Source: Laetmonice hystrix (Eukaryota). From it: 64,000 bases of DNA. The position numbers were made by a program, and so were the translations under genes. The DNA is taken from positions 33,792,001 to 33,856,000 of the forward strand of contig OZ249440.1 of NCBI GenBank assembly GCA_965235115.1, in the 5' to 3' direction. Shown here one piece after another: positions 52,101 to 64,000 of the stretch (position 1 is its first letter; the number at the start of each line of letters is the position of its first letter). Under the pieces are notes generated by a model, which did no database searches, was not told the origin of the DNA, and saw nothing but the letters and a program-made list of their open reading frames with translations.

Positions 52101-55100
52101 TAATGTCAGGGAGACAGTCAGCCATATCATGGGGGTTGGGATAGGGGGAGGTGTTGGCTGAGTGTTTGCAGGGAATGTCTGAGGAACAATAAGCCATGTC
52201 AGGGAACGGGAAGGGGGATGTTGGGTGGGTTGGAGGTGGTAGTATAGAAGAAGAACAACAAATACCTAAAAAAAATCGCAAAAGAAAAATATCCAAAAAA
52301 AATTTGTGGGTGATGGATGTCGTTGTACTAAGACATATCTGCTGGGTGTTTACATGAAGGCTAATCTGATGTCGCTTTACTGGGGCGTCACTGATGTGGG
52401 GTTGGAGGAGGAAGTATAGAAGAAAAACGAAAAATACCTAAAAAAAAAAAAATCACAGAGGAAAAATATGAAAAAAGAGTTTGTGGGTGATGGATGTCGT
52501 CGTACTAAGACACATCTGTTAAGTTTTTACATCAAGGCTAATCTGATGTCGCTTTACTGGGGCGTCACTGATGTGTGCTTGAAGGTGGTAGTATAGAAGA
52601 AAAACGAAAAACACCCAAAAAAATCGCAAAAGCAAAATGGACATGCAGATTGCACTAGCATTACGTTCTACGACATTGACCGATGTGCTCGGACGTGGTA
52701 ACATTGGGTTTGAATCCATTGTTCAATCCGTTCTATCCTGCTCTGATAGGACGTGGATGGCATCAGGGCTTCTTCACTTTGTCGACCATCGGTAACGTCA
52801 GTAGTTGATCCGTCATGGCATGGAGGAGCATTTTCGTAAGTGTTGTCAGTATTATTAGTATAGCCATATCATTGAGGCTGGTTGCAAGTACATTTGGGAC
52901 GAGAGGACTTGGTGTTAACATTAGGCATGATATACACGTGAAAATTGAAAGTACCAAGTAACAGTGAGTAAATAATAATTAGAGGTATACTAAGTAATTC
53001 TAATTAACGATTATTAGCTATACAGAAAGGGGGAGTATAATGCCTGGTAGTCGATAAATGACTCATGCATCGGCATTCACCCGGAAAATACAACAAAAAA
53101 CTGATAGGTTTTAGCCATAGAGATACAAGTTAATCACTGCGAAATACTTCAAATTGTCGTGAAGTCAATCATAGGTAAATATCATCTAATTTACGTTTTG
53201 GGAAATGGGGGTGTTGGCTGAGTTCATCGGGAATGTCTGAGGTGTTGGCTGAGTGCTTGAGGGTAACGTCTAACGACCAGGCAACCATGTCATGGGGATG
53301 GGAAAGGGGCTGTTGGCTGAGTGGTTGGAGGTAATGTCAGAGAGCCAGCCAGCCATATCATGGGGACTGGGAAGGGGGTGTTGGGTGACTGGCTGGGGGT
53401 AATGTCAGGGAGACAGTCAGCCATATCATGGGGGTTGGGAAAGGGAGGGGGGGGGTGTTTGCTGAGTGTGTGGGGGAAGCCATATCATGGGAACTGGGAA
53501 GGGGGGAAGGTGTTGGTTGAGTAGTTAGAGGTAATGCCTGAAGGCCAGCCAGCCATATCATGGGGATTGGAAAGGGGGTGTTGGGTGACTGGCTGGGGGT
53601 AGTGTCAGGGAGACAGTCAGCCATGTCATGGGGACTGGGAAGGGGGTGTTGGGTGACTGGCTGGGGGTAATGTCAGGGAGACAGTCAGCCATATCATGGG
53701 GGTTGGGATAGGGGGAGGTGTTGGCTGAGTGTTTGCAGGGAATGTCTGAGGAACAATAAGCCATGTCAGGGAACGGGAAGGGGGATGTTGGGTGGGTTGG
53801 AGGTGGTAGTATAGAAGAAGAACAACAAATACCTAAAAAAAATCGCAAAAGAAAAATATCCAAAAAAAATTTGTGGGTGATGGATGTCGTTGTACTAAGA
53901 CATATCTGCTGGGTGTTTACATGAAGGCTAATCTGATGTCGCTTTACTGGGGCGTCACTGATGTGGGGTTGGAGGAGGAAGTATAGAAGAAAAACGAAAA
54001 ATACCTAAAAAAAAAAAAATCACAGAGGAAAAATATGAAAAAAGAGTTTGTGGGTGATGGATGTCGTCGTACTAAGACACATCTGTTAAGTTTTTACATC
54101 AAGGCTAATCTGATGTCGCTTTACTGGGGCGTCACTGATGTGTGCTTGAAGGTGGTAGTATAGAAGAAAAACGAAAAACACCCAAAAAAATCGCAAAAGC
54201 AAAATGGACATGCAGATTGCACTAGCATTACGTTCTACGACATTGACCGATGTGCTCGGACGTGGTAACATTGGGTTTGAATCCATTGTTCAATCCGTTC
54301 TATCCTGCTCTGATAGGACGTGGATGGCATCAGGGCTTCTTCACTTTGTCGACCATCGGTAACGTCAGTAGTTGATCCGTCATGGCATGGAGGAGCATTT
54401 TCGTAAGTGTTGTCAGTATTATTAGTATAGCCATATCATTGAGGCTGGTTGCAAGTACATTTGGGACGAGAGGACTTGGTGTTAACATTAGGCATGATAT
54501 ACACGTGAAAATTGAAAGTACCAAGTAACAGTGAGTAAATAATAATTAGAGGTATACTAAGTAATTCTAATTAACGATTATTAGCTATACAGAAAGGGGG
54601 AGTATAATGCCTGGTAGTCGATAAATGACTCATGCATCGGCATTCACCCGGAAAATACAACAAAAAACTGATAGGTTTTAGCCATAGAGATACAAGTTAA
54701 TCACTGCGAAATACTTCAAATTGTCGTGAAGTCAATCATAGGTAAATATCATCTAATTTACGTTTTGGGAAATGGGGGTGTTGGCTGAGTTCATCGGGAA
54801 TGTCTGAGGTGTTGGCTGAGTGCTTGAGGGTAACGTCTAACGACCAGGCAACCATGTCATGGGGATGGGAAAGGGGCTGTTGGCTGAGTGGTTGGAGGTA
54901 ATGTCAGAGAGCCAGCCAGCCATATCATGGGGACTGGGAAGGGGGTGTTGGGTGACTGGCTGGGGGTAATGTCAGGGAGACAGTCAGCCATATCATGGGG
55001 GTTGGGAAAGGGAGGGGGGGGTGTTTGCTGAGTGTGTGGGGGAAGCCATATCATGGGAACTGGGAAGGGGGGAAGGTGTTGGTTGAGTAGTTAGAGGTAA

Positions 55101-58100
55101 TGCCTGAAGGCCAGCCAGCCATATCATGGGGATTGGAAAGGGGGTGTTGGGTGACTGGCTGGGGGTAGTGTCAGGGAGACAGTCAGCCATGTCATGGGGA
55201 CTGGGAAGGGGGTGTTGGGTGACTGGCTGGGGGTAATGTCAGGGAGACAGTCAGCCATATCATGGGGGTTGGGATAGGGGGAGGTGTTGGCTGAGTGTTT
55301 GCAGGGAATGTCTGAGGAACAATAAGCCATGTCAGGGAACGGGAAGGGGGATGTTGGGTGGGTTGGAGGTGGTAGTATAGAAGAAGAACAACAAATACCT
55401 AAAAAAAATCGCAAAAGAAAAATATCCAAAAAAAATTTGTGGGTGATGGATGTCGTTGTACTAAGACATATCTGCTGGGTGTTTACATGAAGGCTAATCT
55501 GATGTCGCTTTACTGGGGCGTCACTGATGTGGGGTTGGAGGAGGAAGTATAGAAGAAAAACGAAAAATACCTAAAAAAAAAAAAATCACAGAGGAAAAAT
55601 ATGAAAAAAGAGTTTGTGGGTGATGGATGTCGTCGTACTAAGACACATCTGTTAAGTTTTTACATCAAGGCTAATCTGATGTCGCTTTACTGGGGCGTCA
55701 CTGATGTGTGCTTGAAGGTGGTAGTATAGAAGAAAAACGAAAAACACCCAAAAAAATCGCAAAAGCAAAATGGACATGCAGATTGCACTAGCATTACGTT
55801 CTACGACATTGACCGATGTGCTCGGACGTGGTAACATTGGGTTTGAATCCATTGTTCAATCCGTTCTATCCTGCTCTGATAGGACGTGGATGGCATCAGG
55901 GCTTCTTCACTTTGTCGACCATCGGTAACGTCAGTAGTTGATCCGTCATGGCATGGAGGAGCATTTTCGTAAGTGTTGTCAGTATTATTAGTATAGCCAT
56001 ATCATTGAGGCTGGTTGCAAGTACATTTGGGACGAGAGGACTTGGTGTTAACATTAGGCATGATATACACGTGAAAATTGAAAGTACCAAGTAACAGTGA
56101 GTAAATAATAATTAGAGGTATACTAAGTAATTCTAATTAACGATTATTAGCTATACAGAAAGGGGGAGTATAATGCCTGGTAGTCGATAAATGACTCATG
56201 CATCGGCATTCACCCGGAAAATACAACAAAAAACTGATAGGTTTTAGCCATAGAGATACAAGTTAATCACTGCGAAATACTTCAAATTGTCGTGAAGTCA
56301 ATCATAGGTAAATATCATCTAATTTACGTTTTGGGAAATGGGGGTGTTGGCTGAGTTCATCGGGAATGTCTGAGGTGTTGGCTGAGTGCTTGAGGGTAAC
56401 GTCTAACGACCAGGCAACCATGTCATGGGGATGGGAAAGGGGCTGTTGGCTGAGTGGTTGGAGGTAATGTCAGAGAGCCAGCCAGCCATATCATGGGGAC
56501 TGGGAAGGGGGTGTTGGGTGACTGGCTGGGGGTAATGTCAGGGAGACAGTCAGCCATATCATGGGGGTTGGGAAAGGGAGGGGGGGGTGTTTGCTGAGGG
56601 TGTGGGGGAAGCCATATCATGGGAACTGGGAAGGGGGGAAGGTGTTGGTTGAGTAGTTAGAGGTAATGCCTGAAGGTCAGCCAGCCATATCATGGGGATT
56701 GGAAAGGGGGTGTTGGGTGACTGGCTGGGGGTAGTGTCAGGGAGACAGTCAGCCATGTCATGGGGACTGGGAAGGGGGTGTTGGGTGACTGGCTGGGGGT
56801 AATGTCAGGGAGACAGTCAGCCATATCATGGGGGTTGGGATAGGGGGAGGTGTTGGCTGAGTGTTTGCAGGGAATGTCTGAGGAACAATAAGCCATGTCA
56901 GGGAACGGGAAGGGGGATGTTGGGTGGGTTGGAGGTGGTAGTATAGAAGAAGAACAACAAATACCTAAAAAAAAATCGCAAAAGAAAAATATCCAAAAAA
57001 AATTTGTGGGTGATGGATGTCGTTGTACTAAGACATATCTGCTGGGTGTTTACATGAAGGCTAATCTGATGTCGCTTTACTGGGGCGTCACTGATGTGGG
57101 GTTGGAGGAGGAAGTATAGAAGAAAAACGAAAAATACCTAAAAAAAAAATCACAGAGGAAAAATATGAAAAAAAAGTTTGTGGGTGATGGATGTCGTCGT
57201 ACTAAGACACATCTGTTAAGTTTTTACATCAAGGCTAATCTGATGTCGCTTTACTGGGGCGTCACTGATGTGTGCTTGAAGGTGGTAGTATAGAAGAAAA
57301 ACGAAAAACACCCAAAAAAATCGCAAAAGCAAAATGGACATGCAGATTGCACTAGCATTACGTTCTACGACATTGACCGATGTGCTCGGACGTGGTAACA
57401 TTGGGTTTGAATCCATTGTTCCATCCGTTCTATCCTGCTCTGATAGGACGTGGATGGCAGCAGGGCTTCTTCACTTTGTCGACCATCGGTAACGTCAGTA
57501 GTTGATCCGTCATGGCATGGAGGAGCATTTTCGTAAGTGTTGTCAGTATTATTAGTATAGCCATATCATTGAGGCTGGTTGCAAGTACATTTGGGACGAG
57601 AGGACTTGGTGTTAACATTAGGCATGATATACACGTGAAAATTGAAAGTACCAAGTAACAGTGAGTAAATAATAATTAGAGGTATACTAAGTAATTCTAA
57701 TTAACGATTATTAGCTATACAGAAAGGGGGAGTATAATGCCTGGTAGTCGATAAATGACTCATGCATCGGCATTCACCCGGAAAATACAACAAAAAACTG
57801 ATAGGTTTTAGCCATAGAGATACAAGTTAATCACTGCGAAATACTACAAATTGTTGTGAAGTCAATCATAGGTAAATATCAAATAATTTACGTTTTGGGA
57901 AATGGGGGTTCATCGGGTTTTGGCTGAGTTCATCGGGAATGTCTGAGGTGTTGGCTGAGTGCTTGAGGGTAACGTCTAAGGACCAGGCAACCATGTCATG
58001 GGGATGGGAAAGGGGCTGTTGGCTGAGTGGTTGGAGGTAATGTCAGAGAGACAGCCAGCCATATCATGGGGACTGGGAAGGGGGTGTTGGGTGACTGGAT

Positions 58101-60680
58101 GAGGTAATGTCCTGGGAAAAGTCAGCCATATCATAGGGGTTGGGATAGGGGGAGGTGTTGGCTGAGTGTTTGCAGGGAATGTCTGAGGAACAATAAGCCA
58201 TGTCAGGGAACGGGAAGGGGGATGTTGGCTGGGTTGGAGGTGGTAGTATAGAAGAAGAACAACAAATACCTAAAAAAAAATCACAAAAGAAAAATATAAA
58301 AAAAAAATTGTGGGTGATGGATGTCGTTGTACTAAGACATATCTGCTGGGTGTTTACATGAAGGCTAATCTGATGTCGCTTAAGTTAAAAGTTACAAGTT
58401 AATCACTGCGAAATACTACAAATTGTCGTGAAGTCAATCATAGGTAAATATCAAATAATTTACGTTTTGGGAAATGGGGGTTCATCGGGTTTTGGCTGAG
58501 TTCATCGGGAATGTCTGAGGTGTTGGCTGAGTGCTTGAGGGTAACGTCTAAGGACCAGGCAACCATGTCATGGGGATGGGAAAGGGGCTGTTGGCTGAGT
58601 GGTTGGAGGTAATGTCAGAGAGACAGCCAGCCATATCATGGGGACTGGGAAGGGGGTGTTGGGTGACTGGCTGGGGGTAATGTCAGGGAGACAGTCAGCC
58701 ATATCATGGGGGTTGGGAAGGGGGGGGGGTGTTTGCTGAGTGTGTGGGGCAAGCCATATCATGGGAACTGGGAAGGGGGGAAGGTGTTGGTTGAGTAGTT
58801 AGAGGAAATGCCTGAAGGCCAGCCAGCCATATCATGGGGATTGGAAAGGGGGTGTTGGGTGACTGGCTGGGGGTAATGTCAGGGAGACAGTCAGCCATGT
58901 CATGGGGACTGGGAAGGGGGTGTTGGGTGAGTGGCTGAAGGTAATGTCAGGGAGACAGTCAGCCATGTCATGGGGACTGGGAAGGGGGTGTTGGGTGACT
59001 GGCTGGGGGTAATGTCAGGGAGACAGTCAGCCATGTCATGGGGACTGGGAAGGGGGTGTTGGGTGAGTGGCTGGGGGTAATTTCAGGGAGACAGTCAGCC
59101 ATGTCATGGGGACTGGGAAGGGGGAAGTTGTTGGTTGAGTAGATAGAAGTAATGTCTGAAGGACAGCCAGCCATATCATGGGGATTAGGAACGGAGGTGT
59201 CGGGTGACTGGCTGGGGCTAATGTCAGGGGGACAGTCAGCCATGTCATGGGGGTTGGGAAGGGGAGGTGTTTGCTGAGTGTGTGGGGGGAAGCCATATCA
59301 TGGGAACTGGGAAGGGGGGAAGGTGTTGGTTGAGTTGTTAGAGGTAATGCCTGAAGGCCAGCCAGCCATATCATGGGGATTGGGAAGGGGTAAGGTGTTG
59401 GCTTAGTGGTTAGGAGTAATGTCTGAAGGTCAGCCAGCAATATTATGGGGGCTGGGAATTCGAGTCATCTTATCATCATTTATGATCATTGTTATTCCCC
59501 GTGGGGCCCGGGAAACAATAGGCCCCATCCGTTTCATCACCCTATGGGAGTGAGTTTGGGGAAGGTGTTCATTGTGTTGTTAGAGCTAATATCTGAGGGC
59601 CAGACAGCCATAGTATGGGGATGGGGAAGGGGATAAGGTGTTGGCTGAGTGTTTGCAGGGAATGTCTCAGGACCGATCAGCCATGTCGGGAATTGGGAAG
59701 GGGGGTATTGGCTGAGTGGTTCGAGGTAATGTCAGAGAGCCAGTCAGCCTTATCATGGGGACTGGGAAGAGGGGTGTCGGGTGACTGGATGAGGTAATGT
59801 CCTGGGGAAAGTCAGCCATATCATGGGGGTTGGGATAGGGGGAGGTGTTGGCTGAGTGTTTGCAGGGAATGTCTGAGGAACAATAAGCCATGTCAGGGAA
59901 CGGGAAGGGGGATGTTGGGTGGGTTGGAGGTGGTAGTATAGAAGAAGAACAACAAATACCTAAAAAAAATCACAGAAGAAAAATATGAAAAAAAAGTTTG
60001 TGGGTGATGGATGTCGTCGTACTAAGACACATCTGTTAAGTTTTTACATCAAGGCTAATCTGATGTCGCTTTACTGGGGCGTCACTGATGTGGGGTTGGA
60101 GGAGGTAGTATAGAAGAAAAACGAAAAATACCTAAAAAAAAATCACAAAAGAAAAATATGAAAAAAAAGTTTGTGGGTGATGGATGTCGTCGTACTAAGA
60201 CACATCTGTTAAGTTTTTACATCAAGGCTAATCTGATGTCGCTTTACTGGGTCGTCACTGATGTGTGCTTGAAGGTGGTAGTATAGAAGAAAAACGAAAA
60301 ACACCCAAAAACATCGCAAAAGCAAAATGGACATGCAGATTGCACTAGCATTACGTTCTACGACATTAACCGATGTGCTCGGACGTGGTAACATTGGGTT
60401 TGAATCCATTGTTCAATCCGTTCTATCCTGCTCTGATAGGACGTGGATGGCATCAGGGCTTCTTCACTTTGTCGACCATCGGTAACGTCAGTAGTTGATC
60501 CGTCATGGCATGGAGGAGCATTTTCGTAAGTGTTGTCAGTATTATTAGTATAGCCATATCATTGAGGCTGGTTGCAAGTACATTTGGGACGAGAGGACTT
60601 GGTGTTAACATTAGGCATGATATACAAGTCAAAATTGAAAGTACCAAGTAACAGTGAGTAAATAATAATTAGAGGTATAC
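37140..60680 (+). repeat. Composite macrosatellite: ~68-bp G-rich monomers, 2-3 copies of a ~172-bp A-rich subrepeat and a ~550-bp gag 5'/upstream fragment
   Basis: The landmark ORF MVLSI(L/F)TC starts at 39474, 41426, 44123, 46408, 49105, 51390, 52957, 54524, 56090, 57654 and 60647, giving periods 1952, 2697, 2285, 2697, 2285, 1567, 1567, 1566, 1564 and 2993 bp. Confidence 0.97.
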
Positions 60681-61060
60681 TTTAAGATTAAATAAACTTA
60701 CCTGTGTAATTTAATCTGGATTAGACGAGGGAAGAAACGACAGTGTGGCGTACAGATGAGAAGGCATTCCACGTTAACGACCAGCACACTTTAAAGTCCC
60801 CAGCAACGGTCGAAGGGAAGAAACGTTAAGACTGGACTCGGGAACTGACCCCAAACTTCTCCCCCGAAAAAAACCCGGATCTTTAGTCCCAGGTAAAAAA
60901 GTAAGATGAGGGGCGGGCGAGGTGGGCATCTGTACGCCACACTGTCGTTTCTTCCCTCGTCTAATCCAGATTAAATTACACAGGTAAGTTTATTTAATCT
61001 TAAATTATACTTCGGTCAGAACCGCCAGGTGGCGTACCGATGAGATTTTAAAGCTCCGTT
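60681..61060 (-). repeat. DIRS right terminal repeat and internal complementary region (ICR)
   Basis: Perfect 78-bp inverted repeat 60681-60758 / 60927-61004. Near-direct repeat GTGGCGTAC(A/C)GATGAGA at ~60745 and ~61029. Confidence 0.9.
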
Positions 61061-61114
61061 GCTGGATTGACTTTACATCAACAAAAGCGTAGAAAGTTTT
61101 TTAAATGATAGACT

Positions 61115-62359
61115 TTATTTGTTTTCACTGACAAACTGCGCAAGAGTGCGATGGCTTATATCACTCGGCAAGATATCTTTCTTATAGAACCTCCTGAAGG
61201 TGCATTCATTGCTCCAGGAGGCCTTTTTCATTATTTCCGCTACGGGGACCTGTAATCCGCACAACTTTGAGGTGGTAGCCCCTCTCACACTATGGGCCTT
61301 AAATATAGCGGTATCCACTCCGGCCCTGGCCAGCGTCTCTCTGGTCCACCTTGCTATTGTTGAGGTAGACGCCCTCCTAAAGGGAGGCGTAGTAGAAATG
61401 AATAAGGCTGACTCATCTTTCGGTCTCACCTCTGCTGTTTTGTCGAGATATGCTACCAAAGTCTTAACTACACACAACCTGGGGTCCTCACAAAAACTAC
61501 TCAAGGTCAGGACTCCTAAAGATCCCCTCCTGGAATGCTTTAACACCTTTGATAACCGAAAAACTACTGTGTTTTTATCGCCCGACCATAACATGTCCGT
61601 CAGCATTAAAGTTCCCAGAGTTTGAACTCTCTGACAAGTGCACAATAACATAAGTAACACGAGTTTACAGGTGACTTCCCTGAGTGTTAGCCTCTTAAGT
61701 GGAGACAATTCCCTTAAATATAACAACACCATATCTACATCCCAAGTAGAACTGTATCGACTCCTCTGGGGTCTCCTGTTATACATGCCTTTAAGTATCC
61801 TACAAACCACCGGATGCTGCCCGAATGGTTTCCCGTCAAACGTTCTCAATATTCCCGATAGCGCGCTACGGGCCGAATTCACCGTGCTATACGACATCCC
61901 TGCATTAAACAGTGACGTGAGAAACGCAACAGCCTGGCTGAATTCTGGGTTTGTCTTGTCCCATCCTTTCCAGGTACAAAGTGTGAGCCACTTATTTATA
62001 TATACCGCATATTGTCTTTGAGTATGTGGCCTCCACGATTCTAGAAAAAATTCGTTCGCATCTTTACTTAAACCTAAGTGTTCAATCTTCTTCAAAAGAA
62101 GAGTTGTACCACTAGCGGAATGTCCTGTAGTGTTTGTTCGTGGGTCAGACCTGTGTCTGACCGTATCAGATTGTCTGGAGCCGCTGGGATCCGTAAGGTG
62201 TCTCTGGCCCGGGCACTGAGGACTGAGTACCAGGGTTGACCCGGCCAGTCTGGGGACACGATCACCGTCCTGACTCCCTCCAACGTGGCTTTCCGCACCG
62301 TTTTGGAGAGGAGCCTGAAAGGTGGGAAAGCATAGATATAATGAAATCGTTTCCAGCAC
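61115..62359 (-). CDS. Tyrosine recombinase (phage-integrase family) of the DIRS element; true start uncertain
   Basis: Open 414-aa frame with SWRPHTQRQY, YSTVNSARSALS, TCQRVQTL (R), FKAHSVRGA (HxxR) and ASWSNECTFRRFY (W, Y). Confidence 0.93.
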   Translation of the reverse strand: MLETISLYLCFPTFQAPLQNGAESHVGGSQDGDRVPRLAGSTLVLSPQCPGQRHLTDPSGSRQSDTVRHRSDPRTNTTGHSASGTTLLLKKIEHLGLSKDANEFFLESWRPHTQRQYAVYINKWLTLCTWKGWDKTNPEFSQAVAFLTSLFNAGMSYSTVNSARSALSGILRTFDGKPFGQHPVVCRILKGMYNRRPQRSRYSSTWDVDMVLLYLRELSPLKRLTLREVTCKLVLLMLLCTCQRVQTLGTLMLTDMLWSGDKNTVVFRLSKVLKHSRRGSLGVLTLSSFCEDPRLCVVKTLVAYLDKTAEVRPKDESALFISTTPPFRRASTSTIARWTRETLARAGVDTAIFKAHSVRGATTSKLCGLQVPVAEIMKKASWSNECTFRRFYKKDILPSDISHRTLAQFVSENK

Positions 62360-64000
62360 TCAGAGAAAGCGTCCACAAATTCTGCGTCCGGGTCTGGCCC
62401 CCAACTAGCATATCTTGGAACTTGGTGGTTAACTCTGGAAGCGAATAAGTCAATCTTTGGAGTGCCCCATGAGTTGCAGATTAACTTAAAAATGCGTCTG
62501 TTTAACATCCATTCGGTATTTTCCGAGAAATGTCTACTCTCATGGTCCGCATCCTTATTTTCCCTGCCTGGGATATGTGTTGCCAAGATATAAAAGCTTT
62601 TTGCTTCGCACCATTCCCACAGTCTCCTAGTAGCAGTGTTACATTCCGTGGAACGCGTGCCCCCCTGGTGGTTAATATACGAAACCGCTGTAGTATTGTC
62701 CGTCATAACCTTTATGTCTACATTATATCTTGATCGCATTAACGACTTTATTCCTAACTCTACTGCCGTTATTTCTAACACATTGATATGTTGTCCTGCC
62801 TCAATCTGTGTCCACCGCCCACTAACTCTATTGCTGCCCATACATGCGCCCCAGCCCGACAGCGATGCGTCTGTCACAATCGTTAATTTCGGCGGTGAAA
62901 CACGTATGTGTCGGGAAGCACTACTGACATTATGCACCCACCACAAGAGGTCGCTTCGCGCGGCTTTTGATAAGGTCATCTTGTCGTCAAACTGTTTCGC
63001 CCCAGAGTTTCTTAGGGCTAAGTTTTTCTCGATCTCTAAAATTTTTGTGTGTACCATCCCGTATTCTGTGGCTTTGCAGAGATCATTTAAGAATCCTATA
63101 ACTGATGCCACTTCCCTTATTGTGGCCCGTGGCTGTTTTAATAGCTCCCTGATGTGGCTCTGTGCCTTTAATACCTTATCCTCTGTGGGTGTGACCAACA
63201 TGTTCACTGAATCAAGTATGTATCCGAGAAATTTAATTCTCTATTGTGGTGTTAGGACAGACTTCCTCAAGTTAATTTTGAATCCCAGATTAATGAACTT
63301 ATCGGACAGAAACTGAACTCCTTCTATTACTCCCTCCTTAGTGGTTGACATAAGGAAAGAATCGTCAATGTACCCGAACCCCGTATGTCCTGCTTTCCTG
63401 AAGGAGGCAAAAACGGGTTTCAACACTTTAGTAAATATCCAGGGCGCCGAGGCTAAGCCAAAAGGGACAGCAGTGAACTTATACTGAACTCCTTTCCATA
63501 CGAAACACAAAAATTTTTGATCCTGCTCATGTACTGGGATTGTGAAATAAGCGTCTTGTAAGTCAATGGAGGCTAGCCAAGCCCCCGGAGTTATCATGTT
63601 AATCGCGACGTCTAAATTGTCCATTTTAAAATGTTCTGGTTTTACAAACTTATTAAGCTCTCTGAGGTTAATAATTAACCTGAATTTCCCACCCGGCTTG
63701 GGCCTGAGAAATATATTGGATAGGAAACAATCCTTCCGTTCGAAGTCTCTTACAATCACTCCCTTTTCTATTAAGGTGTTGACTTCAGAGTTAATTGCTT
63801 GTGCTTGTAACTTGTTTACTTTGTATTCTCTGGGAGTAGAGTTTTGTTCAGGCGGCGCACTGAATTGTAATCTGACTCCCGAAACACACTGAAGGACGAA
63901 GGCGTCCGACGTTAATTTTTCCCAATTTTTAAGGAAATTTGCTGTATTGCCTGCAAACTTGTTGGGAGGACAGGCGCTTACCTTGTCCTTACTTGGTGCG
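62092..64000 (-). pseudogene. DIRS reverse transcriptase-RNase H-adenine methyltransferase-like ORF with one in-frame stop
   Basis: The frame is open from the window edge (FAGNTANFLKNWEKLTSD) through IDLQDAYF, PFGLASAP and YIDD. TAG at 63241-63243, then in-frame RIKFLGYILDS, TDASLSGWG, HINVLE, TDNTTAV, IDLFAS and YAFPPF. Confidence 0.93.

Larger units (their letters stand above)
60681..64000 (-). mobile_element. DIRS1-like tyrosine-recombinase retrotransposon, 3' portion (continues beyond the window)
   Basis: Overlapping RT/RNase H/methyltransferase-like and YR ORFs, followed by an ICR and terminal repeat. No integrase. Confidence 0.95.

Noticed and set aside
61200..63892. Plus-strand ORFs of 108-226 aa over the DIRS element
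   Set aside because: Antisense shadows of the RT and YR frames with no recognisable motifs.

Overview
A eukaryotic, repeat-saturated, heterochromatin-like window, probably from a marine invertebrate (inferred from the transposon families, not proven). No convincing host gene, RNA gene or CRISPR array is present. About 55% is one family of G-rich 68-71-bp satellites: a pure array at 9.1-17.5 kb and a composite macrosatellite at 22.9-25.4 and 37.1-60.7 kb that also carries a fragment of a retroelement gag/ORF1. The rest is layered transposon debris: two large foldback palindromes centred on MITE sequence, a solo LTR, hAT- and Harbinger-like MITEs, two non-autonomous Helentron-like (DINE-1/HINE) elements, an Academ-like long-TIR element, decayed LINE fragments, and the 3' 3.3 kb of a nearly intact DIRS1-like retrotransposon (RT-RNase H-methyltransferase-like ORF plus tyrosine recombinase). 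The most unusual observations are (i) a decayed ORF fusing a LINE-1 ORF1-like domain to a NADAR/YbiA domain, (ii) a HINE that appears to have inserted repeatedly into its own microsatellite to build a tandem array, (iii) a non-satellite insert with H-type pseudoknot geometry recurring 14 times in the satellite, and (iv) a DIRS insertion site that resembles the element's predicted circle junction. Almost all ORFs in the supplied track are spurious readings of repeats.
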